This document shows positions 24,351 through 32,795 of a stretch of DNA of 35,366 nucleotides, piece after piece. Made by a program: the position numbers and the translations under genes. Below the pieces are notes generated by a model, which saw nothing but the letters and a program-made list of their open reading frames with translations, searched no databases and was not told the DNA's origin. This DNA is from Desulfobacteraceae bacterium (lineage in GTDB: Bacteria > Desulfobacterota > Desulfobacteria > Desulfobacterales > SpSt-501): positions 1-35,366 of the forward strand of contig JBFYWX010000274.1 in NCBI GenBank assembly GCA_041310825.1, in the 5' to 3' direction. The stretch's first letter is position 1. Every line of letters starts with the position of its first letter.

Positions 24351-24379
24351 AGTATAGAGAAAGGCCGCGATGGTGTCAA
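24351..24379 (-). promoter_or_regulatory. Sigma-70-type promoter for the acyl-CoA synthetase operon
   Basis: On the minus strand: TTGACA (24379-24374, overlapping the stop of the upstream HD gene), 17-nt spacer, TATACT (24356-24351). Confidence 0.6.
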
Positions 24380-25173
24380 TTTGAATCGAGCCGGCGTGCG
24401 CCTGCCGGGAGCCCGGCGCCGACCTCGCCCCGTATCCGCCGGTAAAGCGCCTCGCCGGCGGCGATCCCGAGATCGATGAAGCGGGGCCCGTATTTCTTCC
24501 CGGTCGGAGACCGGAAGGTCTCTCTAATCCGTGCCAGCCGCTCCATGCCGGCCGGGAAACGGCGCAGGAACTCAGCCGGGGAGGGCCGGTGGTAGAGCAT
24601 CATGGACCAGAGCGTGTCGGTGAAATTGTCCGGCCCCCACCGGAACTTGTCGGCATCGTAGAGGCAGTCCGAGAGCAGGGCCGCTTCGCGGGTCTCCACG
24701 GCCCAGGTGGGCTTGAAGGCTTCGTGGTTGCGGATGGCGTTGCAGACGTCGGCGAGCTCCCCTGCGCCGACATTTCGGATGGAGAGGACCGCGCGTGCCT
24801 GGCGGGCGCTCTCCTCGGCGTGGTTCGGCTGCTTGCGCCGGATGTCGTGCAGCAGGCCCGCGCAGTGGGCGAGACACACCTGTCGCCGCCTCACGCGTTC
24901 GGGCCAGCCGGCTGCCCGGGCCTCGATCCAGGCCAGTGCCCCGGCCTCCAGGGCCACTTTACGGGCATGCGGCAGGCCGTGGCCGAAGTCATCCTCCAGC
25001 AGATCGGCCGCCGCGGCCGCCAACTCCATGATCAGGGGGGTGGTTTCAAACAGGCCGGCGGAGAGCCTCAGGGCGGGGGCTTCCCGGCGGTAGAAATCCG
25101 GCTCCGGCAGCTGCGAGACGATGTCGCGGGCCCGCTCGCGCAACGCCAGGTAAAATGGCCTCAGGTCGGTCAT
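24376..25173 (-). CDS. HD-domain phosphohydrolase
   Basis: FGHGLPHARKV ... CAGLLHDIRRK gives the H...HD metal-binding signature. The start is ambiguous between ATG 25173 and GTG 25218. Confidence 0.7.
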   Translation of the reverse strand: MTDLRPFYLALRERARDIVSQLPEPDFYRREAPALRLSAGLFETTPLIMELAAAAADLLEDDFGHGLPHARKVALEAGALAWIEARAAGWPERVRRRQVCLAHCAGLLHDIRRKQPNHAEESARQARAVLSIRNVGAGELADVCNAIRNHEAFKPTWAVETREAALLSDCLYDADKFRWGPDNFTDTLWSMMLYHRPSPAEFLRRFPAGMERLARIRETFRSPTGKKYGPRFIDLGIAAGEALYRRIRGEVGAGLPAGARRLDSN

Positions 25174-25268
25174 GAGTTGGAGCGGTCGGCGCCGTACGAT
25201 GGGGCACCCGCCGGTCACGGGTCGGGGGGCCGACGCCCCGGGTGCGGGGGGGCCGCCGAGGGCGCGGG

Positions 25269-25763
25269 TCAGCTCTCCGTCAGCGCGAACGGGCGCCCGC
25301 AGACTTTCCAGCGTCCCTCTTCCCGCTGCAGGTGGAGGGTCGCTTCGACCCGATGGGGCTTGGTCAAGTCGAAGAGCGCGCCGACGGCGCCGAAAACCGG
25401 GTTGATGGCGCGTTTGCGGGTGGCCGTCAGAAGTACTTCCGCCCGCCCGTCCTGTTCGCGCAGGGTGCGGGCCTCGACATCGAAGAGCTGCTGCTTCATG
25501 TACTCGAAACCGAAGCCCAGGGTGCGGGCCTCATCGCCGATGCGCTGCAAAAAGGCGCGGGTGGGATCGGGCGCTTCCGTGCGGCTCAACTCGCTGCAGA
25601 GCCGCTCCGCCATGGTGGGGTCCAGCCAGAAATAGGCCCGGGCGAACTCGACGGCCGCCTTATCTGGGGTTTCGCGGGTTTCGTTGATGATCAGGAGCCC
25701 TTGCAGGATCAGCGCCAGAATGAGGATCGAGGTGAATGTCAGGAACTTGCCGCCGCTATCCAT
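25269..25763 (-). CDS. Hypothetical membrane-anchored protein (164 aa)
   Basis: AAGGAGG lies 8 nt before the ATG at 25763. N-terminal TM segment FLTFTSILILALILQGLLII. The remainder of the 261-aa track ORF upstream is non-coding-like. Confidence 0.55.
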   Translation of the reverse strand: MDSGGKFLTFTSILILALILQGLLIINETRETPDKAAVEFARAYFWLDPTMAERLCSELSRTEAPDPTRAFLQRIGDEARTLGFGFEYMKQQLFDVEARTLREQDGRAEVLLTATRKRAINPVFGAVGALFDLTKPHRVEATLHLQREEGRWKVCGRPFALTES

Positions 25764-25914
25764 GAAACTGCCCTCCTTTGAACCATTGCAGGCGTTGCGC
25801 CTCGTCCGGCAACGCCGCCCGCATCGCGGCCGTCGGCCGATTCCGGCCCTTTCGTCTAACATGCTTGCCCACGGAAGACAAGATTTTTTTAAACGGCGGC
25901 GGTGATGGCGGCCC

Positions 25915-26613
25915 CTATCGCAGAAGGCAGCGCTGAACCCACGGGGCGGCCCGCCGCCGCAGGGCCTCCATCTCCGCCGCCGAGGGCGACGGGTCGGTGC
26001 CCGCGAAGAAGTCGGGCCGCAGCATGCGTCCGGGCCGAGCCGGTTGCAGGGCATAGAGCCGGCTGCCGCTGATGAGCCGGGCGATGCGCTCGATGACCGC
26101 AGGGGTGATCAGCGGGTGCGCGCACGTGGTGCGAAACTCGTAGTCGACCCCGGCTTCCATCACCCGGCGGATGCCCTCGCCCACCGCCGCGGCATCGCAC
26201 CGGCGGGAGAAGCAGCCGGCATAGCGCGCGAGATCGGTCTTGATGTCCATGGCCAGGTAATCCACCAGCCCCTCGGCGACGAGCCGCCGGATCACCCGCG
26301 GCCGGCTGCCGTTGGTGTCCAGTTTGACGGCGTAGCCCATGGCCTTGAGGCGGCGGCACAGCGCCGGCAGGCCGGGCTGCAGGGTGGGCTCCCCCCCGGA
26401 GAGGACAACCCCCTGGAGCAGTCCCCGGCGCTCTTGCAGAAAGGCCTCGACCGCCGCGGTCGAAAGACCCATCCCCCCGGGGGCGGGCCGGGCGACCAAC
26501 TGGGGGTTGTGGCAATAGGGGCAGCGGAAGTTGCATCCGGTGAGAAACAGGACGGCGCTGATCCGGCCGGGAAAGTCGATCAGGGAATGTTTCTGAAGGC
26601 CGCCGATCTGCAT
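25915..26613 (-). CDS. Anaerobic ribonucleoside-triphosphate reductase activating protein (radical SAM)
   Basis: MQIGGLQKHSLIDFPG...LTGCNFRCPYCHN carries the CxxxCxxC cluster motif. GGEPTL is also present. It lies immediately downstream of nrdD. Confidence 0.9.
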   Translation of the reverse strand: MQIGGLQKHSLIDFPGRISAVLFLTGCNFRCPYCHNPQLVARPAPGGMGLSTAAVEAFLQERRGLLQGVVLSGGEPTLQPGLPALCRRLKAMGYAVKLDTNGSRPRVIRRLVAEGLVDYLAMDIKTDLARYAGCFSRRCDAAAVGEGIRRVMEAGVDYEFRTTCAHPLITPAVIERIARLISGSRLYALQPARPGRMLRPDFFAGTDPSPSAAEMEALRRRAAPWVQRCLLR

Positions 26614-26707
26614 GCAGGAGGTTCGATCCTATCTTAAGCCCCGGCGGAGGTCTGCATCCTCCGCGCCTTCCATGCCGCCCCCTCCGGCCCGCGACGCCCG
26701 CTTCCGG

Positions 26708-28804
26708 TCAGGATGCGGCTTGGCGGCCGGGGGCGTCTTCAAACGCGGCCTTCCGGCCGGGGGGGCGTGGTGCGACCGGGCGCCGATAGGCGATCCGGCC
26801 GGAGGAAACATCGGTCGCCTCGCTGCAGCGGGCGCAGCGGGGCTGCTCGCCGTCGAGATACCCGTGGGTCGGGCAGACGCTGAAGGTCGGCGTGAGCGTG
26901 AAGTACGGCAGCCGGTAGCGGCCGGCGATCGTTCTGACCAGCGCGCGGATGGCGGCGGTGTCCTTGACCTGTTCGCCGAGGAAGACGTGCAGGACCGTGC
27001 CGCCGGTGTACTTGGCCTGGAGTTCGTCCTGAAGCTGCAGGGTCTCGAACAAATCCTCCGTGTAGCCCACCGGGAGCTGGCTGGAGTTGGTGTAGTAAGG
27101 GGCGGCCCCGCAGGCCCTCACATCGGCATCGTTGGCGCTGCGGATGGCCGGGAATTTATGCCGATCCAGCATGGCCAGCCGGAAAGAGGTGCCCTCGCCC
27201 GGGGTCGCTTCCAGGTTGAACAGGGATCCGGTTTCGGCCTGCAGGCCCGCGATCGCCTCCCGCAGAAAGTCCATGACGCGCAGGGCGAATTTCTGTCCCT
27301 CGGGCGTGCCGATGTCCCGGTCCAGGAAATTGAGGCAGGCCTCGTTCATGCCGATGATGCCGATGGTTGAAAAGTGGTTTTTCCAATAGAGACCGCTGCC
27401 GTTCTTGATCTCGCGCAGGTAGAACTTGGAGTAAGGATAGAGGTTTTTGTCGGTGAACTGCTCGAGCACCTTGCGTTTGATGGACAGGCTCTCGGCCGCC
27501 AGCCGCACCATGCGGGCGAGGCGGGCGAAGAAGGCGCTCTCGCCGTCGCTCAGGAATCCGATCCGCGGCAGGTTGATCGTTACCACACCGACCGATCCCG
27601 TGAGCGGGTTGGCGCCGAAGAGACCGCCGCCGCGTTTGAGGAGCTCGCGGTTGTCCAGGCGCAGCCGGCAGCACATCGAGCGCGCATCCTCCGGGGACAT
27701 GTCCGAGTTGACGAAATTGGAAAAGTAGGGGATCCCGTATTTCCCCGTCATCTTCCAGAGCGGCTCCAGGGTCGGGTTGTCCCAGTTGAAATCGGCCGTG
27801 ATGTTGTAGGTTGGGATCGGGAAGGTGAAGACCCGTCCCTTGGCGTCGCCCTCCATCATGACCTCGGCGAAGGCCCGGTTGATCGCGTCCATTTCGGGCT
27901 GGAACTCGGCGTAGGTCTCGGCGCGCTCGCGCCCGCCCACCACCGCCGCCTGGTCCCTCAAGGTCGCCGGCACCGTGAGGTCGAGGGTGATGTTCGTGAA
28001 AGGCGTTTGGAAGCCCACCCGGGTCGGTATGTTGATGTTGAAGATGAACTCCTGCAGGGCCTGTTTGACCTCCTTATATGCCAGCCGGTCGGCGCGCACG
28101 AAAGGGGCGAGGAGCGTGTCGAAGTTGGAGATGGCCTGGGCCCCGGCGGCCTCGCCCTGGAGGGTGTAGAAGAAATTGACGATCTGCCCCAGGGCGCTTC
28201 TCAGGTGCATGGGCGGTGAGCTTTCGACCTTGCCCTCCACCCCCTTGAAGCCCTGGCGCAGGAGGTCCATCAGGTCCCAGCCCACGCAGTAGACCGAGAG
28301 CAGGTTGAGATCGTGAATGTGCAGGTCGCCCTCCGTGTGCGCCCGCCGGATTTCGGGCGGGTAGATCGAATTCAGCCAGTACTCGGAGGTCACCTCGGAG
28401 GAGATGTAGTTATTGAGCCCCTGCAGGGAGTAGCTCATGTTGCTGTTTTCGCGGATTTTCCAGTCGAGCTTCTGGATGTAGTGGTTCACCAGGTCGACGT
28501 TGGCGCGGGTCGTGATCTTGCGGATCTGGGCATGCTGTTCGCGGTAGAGGATGTAGGCCTTGGCGGTCTTGTGAAAAGGGGAGTCGAGCAGGACGCGCTC
28601 GACGATGTCCTGGACCTCCTCCACCTTGGGGGTCGGCCCCAGCCGAAGCTCGTGGGCCAGGGTCAGCACCCGCAAGGTCAGCTTTTTGGCTTCCCGTTCC
28701 GTGAATTCGCCCGTGGCGCTTCCGGCCTTGGCGATTGCTGCGGTGATTTTGGATGAATCGAACTCGACAACTCTCCCATCCCGCTTTTCAATCGATTCGA
28801 ACAC
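26708..28804 (-). CDS. nrdD: Anaerobic (class III) ribonucleoside-triphosphate reductase
   Basis: N-terminal ATP-cone: IEKRDGRVVEFDSSKI. Also SMCCRLRLD and a C-terminal Zn site, CPTHGY..CARC. GTG start at 28804 with AGGAGA 7 nt upstream. The expected glycyl-radical motif reads GRIAY; see findings. Confidence 0.9.
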   Translation of the reverse strand: MFESIEKRDGRVVEFDSSKITAAIAKAGSATGEFTEREAKKLTLRVLTLAHELRLGPTPKVEEVQDIVERVLLDSPFHKTAKAYILYREQHAQIRKITTRANVDLVNHYIQKLDWKIRENSNMSYSLQGLNNYISSEVTSEYWLNSIYPPEIRRAHTEGDLHIHDLNLLSVYCVGWDLMDLLRQGFKGVEGKVESSPPMHLRSALGQIVNFFYTLQGEAAGAQAISNFDTLLAPFVRADRLAYKEVKQALQEFIFNINIPTRVGFQTPFTNITLDLTVPATLRDQAAVVGGRERAETYAEFQPEMDAINRAFAEVMMEGDAKGRVFTFPIPTYNITADFNWDNPTLEPLWKMTGKYGIPYFSNFVNSDMSPEDARSMCCRLRLDNRELLKRGGGLFGANPLTGSVGVVTINLPRIGFLSDGESAFFARLARMVRLAAESLSIKRKVLEQFTDKNLYPYSKFYLREIKNGSGLYWKNHFSTIGIIGMNEACLNFLDRDIGTPEGQKFALRVMDFLREAIAGLQAETGSLFNLEATPGEGTSFRLAMLDRHKFPAIRSANDADVRACGAAPYYTNSSQLPVGYTEDLFETLQLQDELQAKYTGGTVLHVFLGEQVKDTAAIRALVRTIAGRYRLPYFTLTPTFSVCPTHGYLDGEQPRCARCSEATDVSSGRIAYRRPVAPRPPGRKAAFEDAPGRQAAS

Positions 28805-28966
28805 GCGACCGTCTCCTGGGGTTTGATAAGTTCAGCATGGTGAGTTCGACCTCGCGCACGGCAAAACCGGATTGACCTGGCCTATGTCGAAAGGATCCTT
28901 TCATTGGTTGCAGTCGTATCTCGGGCGAGGGCGTTCGGACGAGGGCCGTTTTGATGATGCAAGTCA

Positions 28967-28995
28967 TTTATACACAATATCTGGGTGGCTGTCAA
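28967..28995 (-). promoter_or_regulatory. Sigma-70-type promoter of nrdDG
   Basis: On the minus strand: TTGACA (28995-28990), 17-nt spacer, TATAAA (28972-28967). Confidence 0.65.
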
Positions 28996-29018
28996 GAAAA
29001 TCATTCAACATATAGTGG
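28972..29018 (-). promoter_or_regulatory. Tandem NrdR boxes overlapping the nrdD promoter
   Basis: acacaatatctgggtg (28972-28987) and attcaacatatagtgg (29003-29018) are compared with the NrdR-box consensus as I recall it, acaCwAtATaTwGtgt; the second box matches at about 12/16 positions. The centres are 31 bp apart, which is the usual tandem spacing. Confidence 0.65.
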
Positions 29019-29212
29019 TTACAGTAAAATCTTAAGGCGATGGACCGATGCCGTGGGAAAGGGCCGATCGGAGTGGTCGGCGGACTCATGCGGGTGGACA
29101 GGCCGGCCCCGGCGGGAGCAGGTCCGGCCGGATTCGTTATATCAATTTAATATAATTTGAAAAAACGGATTAATTCTAAAGTTTCGGCACCACCCCAACG
29201 ACGGGGCCGGCA

Positions 29213-30124
29213 TCACTCCGTCACCCAGATGAAATCGGCGATGGCCGGATCGATGGGGGCGCCGGCCGTAACGAGGTAGAGGGTGCGGTAGGGCAGGTGG
29301 TTGCGCTGGTGAAGCCGCTCCGGTATCCCGTACCGATACTGGATGTGGCCGTTTCCCGCCAGGATGACCAAGAGATCGGCGTTCACGGCCGCGGCCGCCT
29401 CCGCCATGGCCTCGTCCCAGACGCACTGCGCCAGGTAGAAATCCTCGAAGCGGGTGTTCCGGAACCCGTGCTGGGCAAAGATTTTTTCGGCATACTCGCG
29501 GTGGGCGGAAACCCCGGTGTCGATGTCGCGCGGAAGGAACTGCTTTTCGTGATCCGGGAGGTGCTCGATGCCGCCCGTGCGGATCTTGGGCGGCAGATGG
29601 AAGGGCAGGTTCAGCCCGAAAACAGGAATGCGTTCGCGGCGGGCGAAGTCGAGGATCTCGCGGTAGAGCCCGTAGTCGAAGCGCCAGTTCGCATACCAGT
29701 GCGTGCGGCGCAAAAACGCCTCCTCTGCGAGGTCGCCCGCCGACCAGAGATCGAGCACGGACTGATAGGAGCGGTCGAACATTTCCAGACCGAGCGCCAG
29801 CCGCACCCCGCTCGCGTGCAGCGCACGGATCACCCGCAGCTGGACCGCGTGATGGGCGGCGGAGGTGTGCTGCTCGCCGATGTAGACGACTCTTGCCGTG
29901 CGTGCCTCGCCCACCATCGCCTCGAAGCTGACCGCCGCACCCGTCCGTCCGTCGATGATGGTTCCGGGCGGGGGACCTTCGGCCGGCGCTTCGGTTCGGA
30001 TGGGCATGGCACAACCTCCCGCCGCCACGACGGCCGCGATCAGCAGGGCCGACAGGATTACCGCTCCGCCGCGGCGGCGCCCCGCGGCGTGTCGGGCTGC
30101 GATCGCTTGCATTTGGGGAGCCAT
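29213..30124 (-). CDS. ChaN-like (haem-binding/Tiki-superfamily, DUF399-type) lipoprotein
   Basis: ARVVYIGEQHTSAAHH...LGLEMF...ILAGNGH is the pattern typical of ChaN-family proteins. Signal peptide/lipobox: LLIAAVVAAGGC. The start is uncertain among ATG 30124, 30112 and 30157. Confidence 0.65.
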   Translation of the reverse strand: MAPQMQAIAARHAAGRRRGGAVILSALLIAAVVAAGGCAMPIRTEAPAEGPPPGTIIDGRTGAAVSFEAMVGEARTARVVYIGEQHTSAAHHAVQLRVIRALHASGVRLALGLEMFDRSYQSVLDLWSAGDLAEEAFLRRTHWYANWRFDYGLYREILDFARRERIPVFGLNLPFHLPPKIRTGGIEHLPDHEKQFLPRDIDTGVSAHREYAEKIFAQHGFRNTRFEDFYLAQCVWDEAMAEAAAAVNADLLVILAGNGHIQYRYGIPERLHQRNHLPYRTLYLVTAGAPIDPAIADFIWVTE

Positions 30125-30355
30125 CGCGATAGTCCTAGTCTTGGAATGCGCCTGCATTTTGTGGGGCGCGGCATCTTGCCGCGCCCTGATGATGGATAGA
30201 AGCCGTTTCCAGACGAGGGGCTCTTCCGTATCGGCTGGATGGACTGCAGCGCCAACCCCGGTTTCAGGAAGACTCCTCATTGAACGCTGCCCGCCGCAGG
30301 AACTTGCCGGGTCGGCTTGGGGCGGCGCAGACCTTAGAGACCAAGGGTTACCTCG

Positions 30356-30631
30356 TTGCCGCTTCTCCACAGCCAGTTGAGGCCCCCGCGCAAGTCCCTC
30401 ATATTCCGCCTGCACCCGGCAGTGGGGGTATCTCTCGCGCTGTTGGCGTTATCCGCTCTTCTGGTCTTCGGTCTGATCGGCCTGTCGGTCGCCCGGGCGG
30501 AGGAGGCCTTTCGCGGCTACGCCTGGGTTCCCCGCCTGCTTGTGATCGCCAGCGCCGGTCTCATCTTGACCACCCTGGTCAGGCTCCTTCGCCGACGTCT
30601 TTCCCGGACCCTGCGCCGACCCTCCGCTTAG
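30356..30631 (+). CDS. Possible small two-TM membrane protein
   Basis: Hydrophobic segments VSLALLALSALLVFGLIGLSV and LLVIASAGLILTTLV, with a basic C-terminus. GC3 is about 77 percent. No clear RBS. The start (TTG 30356 or GTG 30422) is uncertain. Confidence 0.25.
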   Translation: MPLLHSQLRPPRKSLIFRLHPAVGVSLALLALSALLVFGLIGLSVARAEEAFRGYAWVPRLLVIASAGLILTTLVRLLRRRLSRTLRRPSA

Positions 30632-30656
30632 GCAGGGTGGCCGTACCTGGAAAACC

Positions 30657-31082
30657 TCATTTCCCGCTCGGTCCGGCCATGACCACCTTCAGGATGGCCA
30701 GGAACTGCTCCGGTGGGATCAACCCCGGGCGGTGGCCGATGACGGCCCCGTTCTCGTCCATGAACCACGAGTCCGGAAGCCCCTTGACTCGGAAAAGGGA
30801 GGCGATCTCCTTGTTGCGGTCGGAATCGACCCGGATGGGGATGAAGTTGCGGTTCAAGGCGGCCACCACGGCGGGGTCCTTGAAGGTCTTGCGATCCATC
30901 TCGACGCAGAACGTGCACCAGTCGGCATAGAAGTGGAGGAAGACCTTCTTCGTCTCCGCCTTGCTGCGCGCCATACCGGCCTCATAGGTGTGCCACTCGA
31001 TCTTGTCGGCTGCGGCCAGGCCGCTTGCGGCCCCGCCCGCCAACAGGGCCAGCAGGAGCACCAGCACCGCCCAGGTCTTCAT
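30657..31082 (-). CDS. Periplasmic thioredoxin-fold thiol:disulfide oxidoreductase
   Basis: Signal peptide MKTWAVLVLLLALLAGGAASG. CxxC active site in FYADWCTFCVEM. GLPDSWF lies in the region expected for the thioredoxin-fold cis-Pro loop. Confidence 0.8.
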   Translation of the reverse strand: MKTWAVLVLLLALLAGGAASGLAAADKIEWHTYEAGMARSKAETKKVFLHFYADWCTFCVEMDRKTFKDPAVVAALNRNFIPIRVDSDRNKEIASLFRVKGLPDSWFMDENGAVIGHRPGLIPPEQFLAILKVVMAGPSGK

Positions 31083-31186
31083 TCCTCACGCCTCTCCCTA
31101 CTGAAAAATTGCCAGAAAAATCAATATAACATCGCCTAAGCCGGGTGGCAAACGAGAGAAGCGGGTGTTGCCGGAAAGAAGCGGAC

Positions 31187-31316
31187 CGCACCGAGAGTTT
31201 ATCGCCGGCAGAAAACCCGGATCGTTGCCCTCCCGCTGATCGGCGAACGGTCATGCTTTAGTCGCATGAAAAAATTCTCCCGGTACGCGCCATCCTTAAA
31301 AAATTACCATCCGGTC
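31187..31316 (+). repeat. Left copy of an imperfect ~130-bp direct repeat bounding the TA islet
   Basis: It shares three blocks with 33421-33560: caccgagagtttat (14 nt), cccggatcgttgccc (15 nt) and aaaaaattctcccggtacgcgcc (23 nt), followed by tccttaaaaa..acc.tccgg. All are in the same order and orientation. Confidence 0.8.
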
Positions 31317-31374
31317 GATTCCCCAATGTATGTCCCCCTCTGTTCCCTCCAGAAAGCATGAATTATCAACTGAA

Positions 31375-31403
31375 TTGACGCTAATACTCTAAAATGGTAG
31401 ATT
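31375..31403 (+). promoter_or_regulatory. Sigma-70-type promoter upstream of the HEPN-remnant/MNT pair
   Basis: TTGACG (31375-31380), 17-nt spacer, TAGATT (31398-31403). Confidence 0.5.
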
Positions 31404-31442
31404 ACTCGGCAAGACATATAACCGAGTGATGATCATGGATAA

Positions 31443-31646
31443 ATACGTTTCGCACTGGCTGAATTAAGCGGAGCATTGGCGGACGAACAGATAGATCTGC
31501 TGGCCGAACTTACGGCCTATAACATCGACGCGCGATACGGCGACTACAAGGAAAGCCTGTCAGAGGTCATCGACATCGAAAAGGCCAAAATCCTGTTTGA
31601 GCAGACACAGGAGTTGTTCCAATGGCTATGCACGAAGATCAGGTAG
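31443..31646 (+). pseudogene. HEPN-domain gene remnant (C-terminal ~67 codons only)
   Basis: The frame opens after TAA 31440-31442. It reads IRFALAELSGALADEQIDLLAELTAYNIDARYGDYKESLSEVIDIEKAKILFEQTQELFQWLCTKIR*. Y..ARY(P/G)D with a helical tail is HEPN-like. There is no start codon and no N-terminal half. It overlaps the MNT start by 25 nt. Confidence 0.5.
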
Positions 31647-31954
31647 ATGGGATCATCCAGGGGTTTATTGCCCGACTCGAACAAGAGATTCCGGTTCAGG
31701 AGGTTATCCTGTTCGGGTCCTATGCACGGGGTGCTCCACAAGAACACAGCGATATCGATCTGGCGGTCATCTCGGACTGGTTCGAAGGCAAACCAGCCAT
31801 TGAAAACCTCACGTTTTTAGCACGTATTGCTTCTCGTTACAGTACGTTGATAGAGGCGTTGCCGTTTACCCAAAAAGAATACCAGAAAATCGATCAGCGA
31901 AGCCTTCTGTCCAGAATTGTCCGGACCGGAAAAAGGTACAAGACAGTTCATTGA
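31622..31954 (+). CDS. Minimal nucleotidyltransferase (MNT-type, HEPN partner)
   Basis: VILFGSYARGAPQEHSDIDLAV carries the GS-x9-12-DxD pol-beta-type nucleotidyltransferase signature. Confidence 0.8.
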   Translation: MAMHEDQVDGIIQGFIARLEQEIPVQEVILFGSYARGAPQEHSDIDLAVISDWFEGKPAIENLTFLARIASRYSTLIEALPFTQKEYQKIDQRSLLSRIVRTGKRYKTVH

Positions 31955-32084
31955 CATACTGCGTACTCCACCGCAACCGGGCCACTCGTCCCATCAACGG
32001 ATAGGCCCTGTGAACGGGTAGCCAACCCAATGCACGTAGAGGTGTATTTCACCACGTTGGGTCAGGTCCAGGGAGTACCGCGTC

Positions 32085-32585
32085 ATGCCGGACATGCTTG
32101 TCAAACTCTATGACCTGCCCGACCTGCATGGACCGCTTTGCAGGACCCGGGGAATCGGAATCGAGACCCGCCGCCCGAATTCATGGGAGAAATCCATTCT
32201 GTTGGAATGGGTGGGCAGCACCTTCAGCAGCGCCTGGGCGTTGGAATCTGAAACAGCCTTCGCCGCCAACCCTCCCTCCTGCTACATCGCACTCGAAAAA
32301 GACTCGCTGATCGGGTTTGCCTGCTACGACTGCACCCGGAAAAATTTTTTCGGCCCGACCGGTGTCGCTGAAAACGCGAGAGGCAAGGGCGTTGGGTTGG
32401 CGCTGCTGCTGGCGTGCCTGAACGCGATGCGGGATGACGGCTACGCCTACGCCATCATCGGCGGGGTGGGCCCGGCGGCGTATTATGCGAATACGGTCGG
32501 CGCAACCCTGATCGAGGGATCTTCCCCGGGGATCTACGATTTCAGGCTGACGCAAAAAACGCCTGCGCCCGACCGCCGCACGTGA
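32085..32585 (+). CDS. GNAT-family N-acetyltransferase
   Basis: Acetyl-CoA-binding motif A: NARGKGVGLALLLACLNAMRDDGY (R/Q-x-x-G-x-G/A). GGGAG lies upstream of the ATG. Confidence 0.8.
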   Translation: MPDMLVKLYDLPDLHGPLCRTRGIGIETRRPNSWEKSILLEWVGSTFSSAWALESETAFAANPPSCYIALEKDSLIGFACYDCTRKNFFGPTGVAENARGKGVGLALLLACLNAMRDDGYAYAIIGGVGPAAYYANTVGATLIEGSSPGIYDFRLTQKTPAPDRRT

Positions 32586-32723
32586 TTTGCTCTCGGCCGA
32601 GGAAGCCGTTCATGAAAAGAATCCGGACCCCTCTGATGGAGTATGCCTTCCTGAATTCAGGCTCTGACACTACTTCAATTCGCAATTGCCGATCAATGGA
32701 AGCCGGTGGGGCGAAAACACAAG

Positions 32724-32757
32724 CTTGTTGACAGGGAACAAGATAATGCGCTATTCT
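32724..32757 (+). promoter_or_regulatory. vapBC promoter with overlapping inverted-repeat operator
   Basis: TTGACA (32728-32733), 18-nt spacer, TATTCT (32752-32757). The inverted repeat CTTGTT-gacaggg-AACAAG (32724-32742) spans the -35 element. Confidence 0.5.
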
Positions 32758-32795
32758 TTTTGTAAAGAAACTTAATTTTGTAGGAATTTATCGAA

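Noticed and set aside
26618-26640. A tRNA-like T-arm string, GGTTCGATCC, in the nrdD-nrdG spacer; a similar GGTTCGAATCGG occurs at 33657.
   Set aside because: No flanking acceptor, anticodon or D-arm complementarity could be drawn. The second string lies inside the proC coding sequence.
29138-29185. An AT-rich quasi-palindrome (tatatcaatttaatataatttgaaaaaa) between the chaN-like gene end and the nrdD promoter, considered as a Fur box or other operator.
   Set aside because: It is only imperfectly symmetric and does not match the Fur consensus (GATAATGATAATCATTATC) by eye. It lies downstream of the iron/haem-related gene rather than upstream. It may simply be an UP/curvature element for the nrdD promoter.
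31096-31125. Sigma-54 (-24/-12) promoters near the two EBP-type regulators and elsewhere. TGGCA-containing strings occur at about 1050, 18627, 31110 and 33588.
   Set aside because: None has the GG-N10-GC spacing with a TTGC-like -12 element, and several lie inside coding regions. The target promoter of the activators is therefore not in view.
32024-32063. Integron attC-like site (..ACCCAAT .. GTTGGGT) just upstream of the GNAT start, and a chromosomal-integron interpretation of the islet.
   Set aside because: The inverted repeat is only ~39 nt, shorter than known attC sites. In the 130-bp flank repeats, GTTGCCC lies proximal and GGCAAAT distal, which is the wrong orientation for R''/R'. No intI gene is present. 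It remains only as something to test with IntegronFinder.
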